Of a stretch of DNA of 64,000 nucleotides, positions 20,932 through 32,448 are shown in pieces (the first letter of the stretch is position 1; each line of letters opens with the position of its first letter). The translations under genes were made by a program, and so were the position numbers. The notes under the pieces are model-generated. The model worked only from the letters and a program-made list of their open reading frames with translations, did no database searches and had not been told where the DNA came from. Source of the DNA: an uncultured Chloroflexia bacterium (GTDB lineage: Bacteria; Chloroflexota; Dormibacteria; Aeolococcales; Aeolococcaceae); assembly GCA_963793875.1 (NCBI GenBank), contig CAWCBS010000008.1:3796-67795 (forward strand). The letters run 5' to 3'.

Positions 20932-23900
20932 TCAGCGGACGGCCGCCCCTGCCCGCCGGGGCCGGCCTCGGGCCCCCCTTGGCGGGGTGGCGGCGGGCCC
21001 CTCCCGAAGGGCTGCCCCGCCCCCGCGGGCCCGGCTGCCATTGCCGGCCGCGCCACCGATGATCCGCCGTAGATAAGAGCCGGTGGCGCTCCGGGGCTCG
21101 CCGGCGATCATCTCGGGGGTCCCCGCCGCCACCACCTCGCCGCCAGCGTCGCCACCATCAGGACCCAGGTCGACGATCCAGTCGGCGGTCTTGACCACGT
21201 CGAGGTTGTGCTCGATCACGATGACGGTGTTGCCGGCGTCCACCAGGCGGTGGAGAACCATGAGCAGCTTCTCCACGTCGGCGAAGTGGAGACCGGTGGT
21301 GGGCTCGTCGAGGATGTAGAGGGTCCGCCCGGTATCGCGCCGGGAGAGCTCCGTCGAGAGCTTGACGCGCTGGGCCTCGCCTCCGGAGAGCTGGGTGGCC
21401 GGCTGGCCGAGCCGGATGTACCCGAGCCCGACGTCCTGGAGGGTGCGCAGGCGCCGGACGATCCGGGGCTGGTTGGCGAAGAGCGCGGCCGCCTCGTCGA
21501 CGGTCATCTCCAGGACGTCGGCGATCGAGCTGCCCCGGAACTTGACCTCGAGCGCCTCCTTGGTGTAGCGGCGACCCTTGCAGACGTCGCACGCGACGTA
21601 GATGTCGGGCAGGAAGTGCATCTCGATCTTGATCATCCCGTCGCCGGAGCACGCCTCACACCGGCCCCCGGAGACGTTGAACGAGAAGCGGCCGGGCTTG
21701 TAGCCGCGGATCCTCGCCTCGGGCAGCTTGGCGAAGAGGTCGCGGATGTCGGTGAAGACGCCCACGTAGGTCGCCGGGTTGCTGCGGGGGGTGCGCCCGA
21801 TGGGTGACTGGTCGACGTCGATGACCTTGTCGATGTGCTGGATGCCCTCCACCTTCTCGTGTTTCCCGGGCCGGTCCTTGGCCCGGTACAGCGACTGCGC
21901 CAGCCGGCGGTAGAGGATGTCGTTGACGAGCGTCGACTTGCCGCTGCCGCTCACGCCGGTGACGCAGATGAAGAGCCCGAGTGGGAACTGGACGGTCACC
22001 GACTTGAGGTTGTTCTCGGTCGCGCCGCGCACGGTGAGCATCGTTCCGCCGGCCGGCCGGCGCACCGCGGGGATGGGGATCCTGAGCTCGCCGCGCAGGT
22101 ATTGGCCGGTGAGGCTCCGCGGGGAGGCGAGCACGTCCTCGAGGGTCCCGGCGACGATCACCTCCCCTCCCTTCTCGCCCGCCCCCGGGCCGATGTCGAC
22201 GATGAAGTCCGCGCTCCTGATCGTCTCCTCGTCGTGCTCGACCACGATCAGGGTGTTGCCCAGGTCGCGGAGGGTGGTGAGCGTTGCGAGCAGCTTGTGA
22301 TTGTCCCGCTGATGGAGACCTATGGACGGCTCGTCGAGGATGTAGAGGACGCCCATCAGCTTGCTGCCGATCTGGGTGGCCAGCCTGATGCGCTGGCTCT
22401 CGCCACCGGAGAGGCTGGCCGAGGCCCGGTCGAGGCTGAGGTAGTCGAGGCCGACGTCGCGGAGGAATCCCAGCCGTTCGCGGATCTCCTTGAACGCCCG
22501 GCCAGCGATCTCCATCTCACGGGCGCTGAGGTGGAGCGTCTCGGTGCGGCGCAGCGCCTCGGCGACGGTGAGGCCGGTGAAATCCATGATGCTCATCCCG
22601 TCGACGGTGACGGCGAGGAACTCCGGCTTGAGTCGCTTGCCGGCGCAGGCGGGACACGGCTTCTGCATCATCAGCCGCTCGATCTCCTGCTTGACCCACT
22701 CCGACTCGGTCTCGCGGTAACGGCGCTCGAGGTTGGGGATCACCCCCTCGTAGGCGGCCTCATAGGAGTGGGTGCGCCCGGTGTGCGAGACGTAGCGCAT
22801 CCGGACGGTCTCGTCCTTGGGCAGCCCGTAGAGGATGACCCGCTGCTCCCGTAGGGGGAGCTCGCCGAAGGGGACGTCGGTGGGAATGCGGTAGCGCCGG
22901 CAGACGGTCTGGAGGACGTCGAGGACCCACATCTGAGACGGCCCCTTGGTCCAGCCGGAGAGCGCCCCGTCGTCGATCGAGAGCGAGGGGTCGCGCACCA
23001 CCGCGTCGCGATCGACCTCCATCCGCAACCCCAGGCCGGTGCACGTGGGGCAGGCGCCGTGAGGGTTGTTGAAGGAGAAGTTCCGGGGCGCGGGCTCCTC
23101 CATGGAGATGCCGCAGTAGACGCAGGCGTAGTCCTGGGAGAAGAGCATCTCGCCGGTGGCCAGCTGGCGCGGGGCGGCGCCGTCCGCGTCGCCGGTCCCC
23201 GCCGCGGGGTCTCCCTGCTCCGCCGGCTCCGCCCCATCGGCGTCCGACGGACCGGGCGCACCGGCAGGTTGCCCGCCGGGGAGCGGCGCTCCCGCGGGGA
23301 GGCCGGCGGAGATCCGCTCCTCTCCCCCGCCGGCCGGCTCGTCCGCCGGGATCAGCAGGATCAGACCGTCGCTGAGCTTGGCCGCCTGCTCCAGGGAGTC
23401 GGTGAGCCGGCTGCGCAGCTCGGGACCGATCACGACCCGGTCGACCACGATCTCGATGTCGTGCTTGAACTTCTTGTCGAGCGCGATGGTCTCGCCGAGA
23501 TCCCGGACCATCCCGTCGACCCGCGCCCGGGCGTAGCCCTTGCGCCGCGCCTCGGCGAAGACGTCACGGTGCTCCCCCTTGCGCCCCTGGACCATCGGCG
23601 CCGCCACCATCAGGCGGGTGGCATCCGGGAGGGCCAGGACCTGATCGGCGATCTGCTCGATGGTCTGCTTGCTGATCTCCCGCCCGCATCGGGGGCAGTG
23701 GGGATGCCCGATCCGGGCGTAGACCAGTCGAAGGTAGTCGTAGATCTCAGTGACCGTGCCCACCGTCGAGCGAGGGTTCTTGCTGGTGCCCTTCTGGTCG
23801 ATGGAGATGGCTGGCGAGAGACCGTCGATGTGATCGACGTCCGGCTTCTCCATCTGGCCCAGGAACTGGCGTGCATAGGCGGAGAGCGATTCGACGTAGC

Positions 23901-24090
23901 GCCGCTGTCCCTCCGCATAGATGGTGTCGAAGGCGAGCGAGGATTTGCCGCTTCCCGAGAGCCCGGTCAGAACGATCAGGCTGTCGCGGGGCAGGGTGAG
24001 ATCGATGTTCTTGAGGTTGTGCTCCCGGGCGCCCCGGATGTCGATGGTGTCGTGTGGCACGGGCTTCCTAGCGTACCCAGAACTCTGCAT
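20932..24090 (-). CDS. uvrA: excinuclease ABC subunit A
   Basis: Motifs [21 protein letters not shown] and a second GVSGSGKST. There is a low-complexity insertion of about 70 aa and an Arg/Gly-rich tail. An alternative GTG start at 24060 is preceded by AGGAAG. Confidence 0.95.
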   Translation of the reverse strand: MQSSGYARKPVPHDTIDIRGAREHNLKNIDLTLPRDSLIVLTGLSGSGKSSLAFDTIYAEGQRRYVESLSAYARQFLGQMEKPDVDHIDGLSPAISIDQKGTSKNPRSTVGTVTEIYDYLRLVYARIGHPHCPRCGREISKQTIEQIADQVLALPDATRLMVAAPMVQGRKGEHRDVFAEARRKGYARARVDGMVRDLGETIALDKKFKHDIEIVVDRVVIGPELRSRLTDSLEQAAKLSDGLILLIPADEPAGGGEERISAGLPAGAPLPGGQPAGAPGPSDADGAEPAEQGDPAAGTGDADGAAPRQLATGEMLFSQDYACVYCGISMEEPAPRNFSFNNPHGACPTCTGLGLRMEVDRDAVVRDPSLSIDDGALSGWTKGPSQMWVLDVLQTVCRRYRIPTDVPFGELPLREQRVILYGLPKDETVRMRYVSHTGRTHSYEAAYEGVIPNLERRYRETESEWVKQEIERLMMQKPCPACAGKRLKPEFLAVTVDGMSIMDFTGLTVAEALRRTETLHLSAREMEIAGRAFKEIRERLGFLRDVGLDYLSLDRASASLSGGESQRIRLATQIGSKLMGVLYILDEPSIGLHQRDNHKLLATLTTLRDLGNTLIVVEHDEETIRSADFIVDIGPGAGEKGGEVIVAGTLEDVLASPRSLTGQYLRGELRIPIPAVRRPAGGTMLTVRGATENNLKSVTVQFPLGLFICVTGVSGSGKSTLVNDILYRRLAQSLYRAKDRPGKHEKVEGIQHIDKVIDVDQSPIGRTPRSNPATYVGVFTDIRDLFAKLPEARIRGYKPGRFSFNVSGGRCEACSGDGMIKIEMHFLPDIYVACDVCKGRRYTKEALEVKFRGSSIADVLEMTVDEAAALFANQPRIVRRLRTLQDVGLGYIRLGQPATQLSGGEAQRVKLSTELSRRDTGRTLYILDEPTTGLHFADVEKLLMVLHRLVDAGNTVIVIEHNLDVVKTADWIVDLGPDGGDAGGEVVAAGTPEMIAGEPRSATGSYLRRIIGGAAGNGSRARGGGAALREGPAATPPRGARGRPRRAGAAVR

Positions 24091-24130
24091 CGGCCCGCCG
24101 GCCGGCTGACCGCCCCCGCCCGGCTGGATG

Positions 24131-24144
24131 CGAACGTCTGTACG
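24131..24144. promoter_or_regulatory. SOS (LexA) box-like site upstream of uvrA
   Basis: CGAACgtctGTACG differs by one base from the Gram-positive/actinobacterial GAAC-N4-GTTC core. It lies 41 nt upstream of ATG 24090. A related site sits at 58886-58899. Confidence 0.35.
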
Positions 24145-24516
24145 TTACCCGAACCGACCCGCGCCGTCCACCCCGGCCAGGCGGGAGGCGCCCTCGCCAT
24201 GCTCGAGATTGCTCCATTTGCTGCGCTCGCCGCTGAGGCGCCCTGCCCACCCGAGGCCATGATGCCCGTGGAGGGGGGCCATCCGGCCCCAGCAGCTTCG
24301 TTGCAACCAGCCCGGTGAGACGTAGCGGGTTTGGGTGTATACCTGCTCCAGGACCCGGGGGGCCTGCAGAGGAGTCACCACGGAAACCGGAAGCGCCGCC
24401 GGATCGGTAGGGCGCGTCTCTCAGCCGCCCAGCGGCGGAGCGCAGAGGATGTCGACCGGACGATCAGCGAAGCAGCAGGTGCCGCCGGCCGGATGGCGGC
24501 AGCCGGGGAGGGCCGG

Positions 24517-25821
24517 ATGGAGGGGTGGCGCGACCGGCTGGCCACCGCCGCAGCCGCCGTCCAGCTGATCCGCCCCGGTGACCGGGTCTGGGCGCAGCAG
24601 GGCCCCGGGACCCCGGCGACGCTGCTGGATGCGCTGGCCGAGCGGGGGGGGGAGCTGTGGGACGTCGAGATCTGCCACATGATGACCCTCGGTCCACTCG
24701 AATATCTCCGCCCCGATCTCGCCGGCCACCTGCGCCACAACGGCCTGTTCCTGGGGGAGAACGTGCGTGCCGCGGTGGCCGAGGGGCGCGCCGACTACAC
24801 CCCGGTGTCGCTCAGCGAGATCGAACGCCTCTTCACCGACGAGCTGCGCATCGACGTCGTGCTGCTTCAGGCCTCGCCCCCGGATGAGGACGGGTTCCTG
24901 ACCCTCGGCACCGGCCCCGACTGCACCCTCACCGCGGCATGCCACGCCTCGCGCGTGCTCGTCGAGATGAACGATCAGATGCCGCACGCGCTGGGTGACA
25001 CCCAGCTCCACGTCAGTCGCGCCACGGCGATCATCCCGGTGTCGCGACCGCTGCGGGAGCTGGTGCCGGAACCCCCGGACCCCGTCCAGATCCGGGTGGC
25101 GGAGCGCGTCGCGGCGATGGTCCCGGACGGCGCCACCCTCCAGATCGGGATCGGGGCCCTCCCCAGCGCCGTGCTCGCCCGGCTGGGCGACCACCATGAC
25201 CTGGGCATCCACAGCGAGCTCTGCCCGGACGGCGTGGTCCCGCTCATCGAAGCCGGGGTGATCACCGGGGCGCGCAAGACGCTCCACCCCGGCAAGGTGG
25301 TGGCCGGGTTCGTGCTCGGCTCTCGGATCATCCTCGACTACATCGACAACAACCCGATGTTCGAGTTCCACCGCACCAGCTATGTCAACGATCCCTTCGT
25401 CATCGCCCAGAACGACCTGATGATCGCCATCAACTCGGCGATCGAGGTCGATCTGAGCGGACAGGTGTGCGCGGACTCCATCGGGACCCGGCCCTACAGC
25501 GGGGTGGGCGGGCAGCTCGACTTCGTCCGGGGCGCCTCGCGGGCCCGGGGAGGCCGGGCCATCATCGCGCTGCCGTCGACCGCCCGGAGGGGCAGCGTCT
25601 CACGGATCGTGCCCACCCTCGCCCCCGGCGCGGGGGTGGTGACCAGCCGCGCGGATGTGCATGATGTCGTGACCGAGTACGGGGTGGCCCACCTGCGCGG
25701 ACGGAACCTTCGTCAGCGCGCCGAGGCGCTGATCAGCATCGCCCACCCGAGCTTCCGCGCCGAGCTCATGGAGTACGCAGTGCGCGCCCACCTGCTGGAT
25801 GCCGTCTCGGCGCCAACCTAG
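24517..25821 (+). CDS. acetyl-CoA hydrolase/transferase family protein (4-hydroxybutyrate CoA-transferase-like)
   Basis: Blocks [32 protein letters not shown] and [13 protein letters not shown]. The ATG at 24517 is preceded by GGGGAGGG. Confidence 0.85.
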   Translation: MEGWRDRLATAAAAVQLIRPGDRVWAQQGPGTPATLLDALAERGGELWDVEICHMMTLGPLEYLRPDLAGHLRHNGLFLGENVRAAVAEGRADYTPVSLSEIERLFTDELRIDVVLLQASPPDEDGFLTLGTGPDCTLTAACHASRVLVEMNDQMPHALGDTQLHVSRATAIIPVSRPLRELVPEPPDPVQIRVAERVAAMVPDGATLQIGIGALPSAVLARLGDHHDLGIHSELCPDGVVPLIEAGVITGARKTLHPGKVVAGFVLGSRIILDYIDNNPMFEFHRTSYVNDPFVIAQNDLMIAINSAIEVDLSGQVCADSIGTRPYSGVGGQLDFVRGASRARGGRAIIALPSTARRGSVSRIVPTLAPGAGVVTSRADVHDVVTEYGVAHLRGRNLRQRAEALISIAHPSFRAELMEYAVRAHLLDAVSAPT

Positions 25822-25829
25822 GAGATCCG

Positions 25830-26063
25830 ATGGAAGAGATCCACGACCGAGGGGCGGTGGCCGTCGACCTGGAGGAGTGCAAGGGCTGCGGCCTGTGCGT
25901 GGAGGCTTGCCCGCCCAAGTGCTCCGGCTGGCGGCGGAGCTGAACCGCTACGGCTACCATCCGGCGGAGTATCTGGGCGCGGGCTGCACCGGCTGCGGCA
26001 TCTGCTACTTCGCCTGCCCGGAGCCGGGCGCCATCACGGTGCTGCGGCGGCTGGCGGCGCTGA
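25830..26063 (+). pseudogene. 2-oxoacid:ferredoxin oxidoreductase delta subunit (2x[4Fe-4S] ferredoxin), frameshifted
   Basis: The first cluster motif, [12 protein letters not shown], is in one frame. The second, [12 protein letters not shown], is in another. The frame change lies near 25915. Confidence 0.7.
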
Positions 26064-26071
26064 GCCATGCG

Positions 26072-27156
26072 ATGCACAAGCAACTGACCAAGGGCAACGA
26101 AGCCATCGTGAAGGCCGCGGTGCTGGCCGGCTGCCGCGCCTTCTACGGCTATCCCATCACGCCGGCGAGCGAGATCGCCGAGGCGGCCGCCCTGTATCTT
26201 CCCGCAGGTGGGCGGCGTGTTCGTCCAGGCGGAAAGCGAAGTGGCGGCCATCAACATGCTCTACGGCGGCGCGTCCGCGGGCGTGCGCGCCATGACCGCC
26301 TCCAGCGGGCCGGGCATCAGCCTGATGCAGGAGGGCTTCAGCTACCTGGCGGGCGCCGAACTGCCCTGCGTGATCGCCGACATCATGCGCGGCGGCCCCG
26401 GCCTGGGCAACATCGCGCCCGAGCAGGGCGACTACTACCAGATCGTCAAAGGCGGCGGCCACGGCAACTACCGCACCCTGGTGCTGGCGCCGGCCTCGGT
26501 GCAGGAGATGGCCGACCTGACCACGCTGGCCTTCGACCTGGCGGACCGGTACCGCAATCCCGTGGTGGTGCTGGCCGATGGCTACATCGGGCAGATGATG
26601 GAGCCGGTGGCCTTCGCCGACGCCGCGGCCGGTCCCGGCCGCCGCCGGCGTGGGCGGTCACCGGGACCGCCGCACACGCGGCCGCAACCTGATCACTTCC
26701 ATCTACCTGGAGCCCGACGTGCATGGAGCGGCACGTGCGCAAGCTGGAGGCCAAGTACCGCGAGGCCGAGCGACGCGAAGCCGCGCGGCGAGGCTTGGCG
26801 CGACCGAAGACGCGGAGATCGTCCTGGTGGGCTACGGCATCGTGGCGCGCGTGCTGCAAGGCCGTGGTGGAGCAGGCCCGCGCGCGCGGCATCCGCGCGG
26901 GACTGCTGCGGCCCATCACGCTGTATCCCTTCCCGACCGAGGCGATCCGCGCAGCTGGCCGCGCAGGCCAAGGCGCTTCGTGGTGGTCGAGATGAGCACC
27001 GGGCAGATGGTCGACGACGTGCGCCTGGCGCTGGAGGGCCGGCGCCCGGTGGAGTTCTACAGCCGCGTGGGCGGCAACGTTCCCGACGGCCGAAGAGATG
27101 CTGGCAGTTCGTGGAGCAGAAGTTCGCGGCCGGCGCGCGGGTTCCCGCGGAGGTGA
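26072..27156 (+). pseudogene. 2-oxoacid:ferredoxin oxidoreductase alpha subunit, multiple frameshifts
   Basis: Homologous blocks are scattered over all three frames: [35 protein letters not shown] / [25 protein letters not shown]...[17 protein letters not shown] / WAVTGT / [10 protein letters not shown] / [12 protein letters not shown] / [16 protein letters not shown] / [18 protein letters not shown] / [19 protein letters not shown]. Boundaries are approximate. Confidence 0.75.
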
Positions 27157-27164
27157 GCTGGTCC

Positions 27165-28040
<876 letters not shown>

Positions 28041-28044
28041 CCGG

Positions 28045-28657
28045 ATGGCGACGAGGCCGGGGAGCGGTCGCCCGCGCCGCTCCGGACCCGACCGCCGACC
28101 ACCGGATCGAGGTGGCCGGCTTCGGCGGGCAGGGCGTGCTGATGCTCGGGGAAGTGCTGGCCGAAGCCGGGCTGGAGGCGGGCTACCACGTCTCCTGGCT
28201 GCCGTCGTACGGGCCCGGAGATGCGCTCGGGCACCTCGAACTGCCACGTGCGCATCTCCGCGGCGCCCGTCGACTCCCCGCTGGTCTCTCGCCCCACCGT
28301 GCTGCTGGCGCTCAACGAGCCTTCCCTGCGCAAGTTCCTGCCGGCCATGGAGCCGGGCGGGCTCGTCCTCTACAACGGCGACCACCTGCCGGCGGACTGC
28401 GCGGTGGACGGCCTTCGGGTCATCCCCATCGCCAGCACCGCCATCGCCGATCGACTGGGCTCGCCGAAGGTGGGCAACATGGTGATGCTGGGGGCCCTGC
28501 TCGAGACCACCGCGATGCTCCCCGAGGCGGCGCTCGAGCGGGCGCTGCACCGGCTGGTCAAGCGGGAGAGCTGGGTCGAGCTGGATCGCGCGGCGCTGCA
28601 GGCGGGGCGGCTGGCCGCGCGGCAGCCGGCGGGGGGGGCGACGCGGCGGGGGGCTGA
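28045..28657 (+). pseudogene. 2-oxoacid:ferredoxin oxidoreductase gamma subunit, frameshifted
   Basis: IEVAGFGGQGVLMLGEVLAEAGLEAGYHVSWLPSYGP is in one frame. EMRSGTSNCHVRISAAPVDSPLV...GSPKVGNMVMLGALL is in the next, with the change at about 28215. A probable native TGA at 28655-28657 is reachable only after another indel in the G8/G6 runs at 28631-28653. Confidence 0.7.
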
Positions 28658-28688
28658 CCTCTCGACCGGCGGGCTATCCTGCCCCTCC

Positions 28689-29417
28689 ATGCTCGCCGCA
28701 GCCCGGCTCCTGGACGTCGACACGGTCTTCCTGGATGTCGGCGGGGTCCTGCTGCTGCCCGAGCACCGCACCATCGCCCGGGCCTTCGCCACGGTCGGCG
28801 CGCGGGCCGAATCCCGGCTTCTCGACGCCGCGCACTACACGGCCCTGGCGGAGGCGGAGGTCACCGGCGGGGCCGCTCCGCCGATCGACTACTGGGTGGC
28901 CTACGCCCGCGCCGCCGGCCTGCCCCGGGCCCTGGCCGAGCCCGCCGCCGCCCAGGTCCGGCGGCTCCAGCAGACCCGGCCCCTCTTCACCCGGCCCGTC
29001 CCGGGCTGCCGCGCCGGCCTCCGAGCGCTGGCGGCGACCGGGGTGCGCCTGGCCCTGGTCAGCAACACCGAGCACGGCCACATCGAGGCGACGCTCCGGC
29101 GCCTCGGTGTCTGCCAGGTCGGGCCGGGACGTGGCGTCGCGCTGGCCGCGGCCGTCAACTCGCACGTGGTCGGGGTCGCCAAACCCGACCCGGCGATCTT
29201 CGGGCTCGCCCTGGAGCGCGCCGGGGCCGAGCGCACCCGGACGGCCCACGTCGGCGACAGCCTGAGCATCGATGTCGCCGGGGCCGTCGCCGCCGGTCTC
29301 ACGGCCATCCACCTCGACCCGCACCGCCTCTGCCCGCGCGACGACCATGCGCACGTGATCAGCCTGGCCGCTCTGGCGGCGCGGTTCGCCCATGGGGGCG
29401 GCGAGGCCCCCGGGTAG
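28689..29417 (+). CDS. HAD family hydrolase (subfamily IA-like)
   Basis: Motifs VFLDVGGVLL (motif I variant DxGGV), LVSNT (motif II) and AHVGDSLSIDVAGA (motif IV). I chose the ATG at 28689 inside the fused ORF 28221..29417. Confidence 0.8.
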   Translation: MLAAARLLDVDTVFLDVGGVLLLPEHRTIARAFATVGARAESRLLDAAHYTALAEAEVTGGAAPPIDYWVAYARAAGLPRALAEPAAAQVRRLQQTRPLFTRPVPGCRAGLRALAATGVRLALVSNTEHGHIEATLRRLGVCQVGPGRGVALAAAVNSHVVGVAKPDPAIFGLALERAGAERTRTAHVGDSLSIDVAGAVAAGLTAIHLDPHRLCPRDDHAHVISLAALAARFAHGGGEAPG

Positions 29418-29482
29418 GCGGCCGCCCGCGCACCGCCGGCCGGACTGGTCGCAGGGAACGGGGGAAGCGGGCCCGGCGCGGC

Positions 29483-30154
29483 TCAGGACGCGGGGGGCGC
29501 CAGGACGGCGCGCAGGCCGGTGAGCACCACCTCCAGCCCGCGCACGAACTCGGCGTCCGCGTCCCACTCGTCGGCCACCAGGTGGGCGGCGCGCAGCGCG
29601 TCGAACTCCGGGTCGGGGTGCTCCTCCAGCAGGTCCAGCATGGGGGCGCCCCGGGTCGCCTCGCCCACGCCGCTGATCTCGCACAGGACGAATCCGAAGG
29701 TGTAGGCGAGCAGGGTGTCCCAGGCGGTCGTGGCGTCCCGGCGATCGAATCCCGCCGCCTCGAGGATGGCGAAGGCGCGGGCCACCGGGGCCAGGCTCTC
29801 CGGCTCGGTCGGGGGGCGGGTGGCGATGAGCGTGAAGAGGGCCGGGTGCGCCAGCAGCAGGCGGCGGAAGTCCGAGAAGCCCCGGCGGACCGCGTCCTCC
29901 CAGCCGGTCGGGGTGGGCTCGGGCAGCGGCAAGCGGGCCAGCACCGTCGCCACCAGGCCGTCGAGGAGCGCCGCCTTCCCGGGGACGTGGTGGTAGATGC
30001 TCATCGCCTCCACACCCAGGGCGGCACCCAGGCGGCGCATCGAGAGCGCCTCCAGGCCCTCGGCGTCGACCAGGGTGAGCGCCGTCTCCAGGATGCGGCG
30101 GCGGGTGAGGGTGGGGCGGTCGGCCTCGACCGCAGCGGGAATCTGGTCGGTCAC
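29483..30154 (-). CDS. TetR family transcriptional regulator
   Basis: The HTH is RRRILETALTLVDAEGLEALSMRRLGAALGVEAMSIYHHVPGK. I preferred the GTG at 30154 because the longer ORF (to 30253) would cover the operator palindromes. Confidence 0.85.
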   Translation of the reverse strand: MTDQIPAAVEADRPTLTRRRILETALTLVDAEGLEALSMRRLGAALGVEAMSIYHHVPGKAALLDGLVATVLARLPLPEPTPTGWEDAVRRGFSDFRRLLLAHPALFTLIATRPPTEPESLAPVARAFAILEAAGFDRRDATTAWDTLLAYTFGFVLCEISGVGEATRGAPMLDLLEEHPDPEFDALRAAHLVADEWDADAEFVRGLEVVLTGLRAVLAPPAS

Positions 30155-30197
30155 GTCTGTTCCATCTTGCCCCACACCGGGGTTGCGCCGAGGGATG

Positions 30198-30237
30198 CTT
30201 ACGTTGTAAGGTACGACCACCAACCTTACACTGTAAA
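30198..30237. promoter_or_regulatory. two tandem palindromic operator-like sites in the TetR/MMPL divergent spacer
   Basis: The sites are CTTACgttGTAAG (30198-30210) and CTTACactGTAAA (30225-30237), centres 27 bp apart. The outer inverted repeat is TGTAAGGT(N10)ACCTTACA. This is the only A/T-rich palindromic DNA between the divergent genes. Confidence 0.45.
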
Positions 30238-30291
30238 CATCATCCGCCCACATCGACCACCCGCCGGCAATCGGCGGAGGGAGAGCCCTCG

Positions 30292-32430
30292 ATGTCCAGT
30301 CTGGCGCGCCTCGCCACCCACCGCCCCTGGCGTGTCCTGCTCGCCTTCCTCGCGCTCGCCGCGATCGGGCTCGGCCTCTCGGGCGCCGTCTCCGGCCGCC
30401 TCAGCAACGGCCTCTCCGACTACGACGACCCGGCCTCCGCCAGCGCTCAGGCGCGCGCCGCGGTGCAGCGGGCGACCGGCATCGACCTCGAGGAGGGCTA
30501 CACGCTGCTGGTCCGGCTCAGCACCCCGGCGAGCGTCGCATCGCCCCCGCCGGCGATCGTCGCCGCGGCGGTCCGGGTGCTGCGCGGGCGGCCCGAGGTG
30601 GTCCAGATCATCGACGCGTGGTCCCAGGATCTCCCCGAGCTGCTCGCCAACGGCGGCAGCAGCACCATCGTCGTCGCCAGCCTGCGCCCGCTCAACGAGG
30701 TGAGCGCGGTGCACGCCCTCCAGGCCACCATCGACGCCGATCCGCTGCTCGCCGGTCACGTGCTGCTCGGCGGCTCCACCGCCCTGGACGCCCAGGGCAA
30801 CGACCAGAGCCTGCGCGACCTCAGCTTCGCGGAGACTATCGCCATCCCCATCCTGCTGGTGCTCCTGCTGCTGATCTTCGGCAGCGTGGTCGCGGGACTC
30901 CTCCCCCTCTTCGGAGCGCTGGTCAGCATCGGCCTGACCACGCTCGGCCTCCTCCTCGCCACCCTGGTGGGTGACATCTCGGTGTACTCCCTCAACCTCG
31001 TGTACGCGCTGGGGATCGGGCTCAGCATCGACTTCAGCCTGCTCATCGTCTCCCGATACCGCGAGGAGATGGCCGGCAGCGGCCCCGGCGCCGCGGCCCT
31101 CTCCAGGACGCTGACCACCGCGGGCCGGACCGTCCTCTTCAGCGCCGCCACGGTGACGGCGGCGCTGGGCTGCCTGCTGCTCTTCCCGATCCCCGCCATC
31201 TCCTCGATGGGACTGGCCGGGATGATGGTCACGATCGCCTCCGCGGTCTCCGCCGTGGTGGCACTGCCGGCCTTGCTCGCCCTGCTGGGCGCGCGCGTCG
31301 ACATGCTGTCGGTGCGGCGCCGTCACGGTGCGCCCGCCCTCAACACCGGCGGGTGGTGGGCGCGCCTCGCCCGTGGCGTCATGAGACACCCGGCGCCGAT
31401 CGCCCTGGTGGTCGCCCTGGTGCTGGTCGGCGCCGGTGCGCCACTCCTCGGTGTCCAGTTCACCGGGTAAACCAAGGGGCTTCCCGCCGGCCTCCCGGCG
31501 GTGCAGGTGGAGAACATCGTCGCCGCGGGCTACTCCGACGTCAGCGACTCGCCGCTGCAGCTCATCGTCAGAGCCGGGCCGTCGTCGGCAAGCGCGGTGG
31601 CCACGTACGTCGCGGCGGTGGCCCGGGTTCCCGGGGTCGCCGCCATCGAGAAGCCGACCATGATCGGCTCCGACCTCTGGGAGATCAACGGGACGCTGCG
31701 GGGGACCACCCTCTCCTCGAGCGCAGAGGACGCGGTCATCGCCGTCAACCGGCTGCCCACCTCCCTCACGGTGTGGGCGACCGGGTACACGGCCAACTAC
31801 CTGGACTTCCGGGCCAGCCTAGGCTCCCACCTGCCCAGCGCCGCCATCCTGCTCGCGGTGACGACGCTGCTCATCCTTTTCGTGATGACCGGGTCCCTGG
31901 TGCTGCCGGTGCTGGCCCTGCTGATGAACGTGCTGACCCTGGGGGCCACCCTGGGGCTCCTCGTCGTCGTCTTCCAGAAGGGATTCCTCAGCGGGGTGCT
32001 CGGCTTCTCGCCCGACGGCATCGACCTGATGACCCCGGTGCTGGCGGGCGCGCTCGCCTTCGGCCTCTCCACCGACTACGGGGTGTTCCTGCTCAGCCGC
32101 ATCCGCGAGGCGTACCGCAACGGGCTCTCCACCCGCGAGGCGGTGGCCCTGGGGCTGCAGCGGGTCGGCCGGGTGGTCACCTCGGCGGCCATCCTCTTCT
32201 GCGTCGCCGTGGGGGCGCTGGTGCTCTGCCAGACGGTGGTGCTCAAGGAGATCGGCCTGGCGGCCGCGCTCGCCGTCCTCATCGACTCGAGCGTGGTCCG
32301 GGCGCTGCTGGTCCCCTCCCTGATGGCGATCCTGGGCCGCTGGAACTGGTGGGCGCCCCACCCCCTCGCGATCCTCCACCGCCGGCTCGGTCTGCGCCGT
32401 CTGGAGGCGGGCGAAGAGACCACCGGTTAG
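30292..32430 (+). pseudogene. MMPL family (RND superfamily) transporter interrupted by one in-frame TAA
   Basis: ORFs 30292..31470 and 31501..32430 are in the same frame. The read-through is ...LLGVQFTG*TKGLPAGLPAVQVENIV... Both halves carry MMPL blocks (SRYREEM..., DYGVFLLSRIREAY...). Confidence 0.8.
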
Positions 32431-32448
32431 GCGAGCAGGGGCCGCGGG

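Noticed and set aside
18083-21076. Very long ORFs antisense to real genes. Examples are 18083..21076 (997 aa), 12866..14638, 36225..38228, 53897..55978, 56042..57574, 3558..4562 and 4252..6237.
   Set aside because: These are typical high-GC shadow frames. They are Arg/Gly/Pro/Asp/His-rich with no recognisable motifs. Each lies opposite a gene with strong family signatures (UPF0182, pyrG, clpC, mfd and others).
28221-29417. 398-aa ORF that would be a natural oxidoreductase-gamma/HAD fusion protein.
   Set aside because: The fusion depends on the frame across the G8/G6 homopolymers inside a block that already shows many indels. An out-of-frame TGA at 28655 and a good ATG at 28689 fit two separate genes.
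31468-31470. Recoding (selenocysteine, pyrrolysine or a reassigned stop) at the MMPL TAA and the IS630 TGA (62138).
   Set aside because: TAA is not a known recoding codon in bacteria. The TGA replaces a conserved Trp in a mobile-element gene that is already frameshifted. Genes in this window terminate with TGA, TAG or TAA, so reassignment is unsupported.
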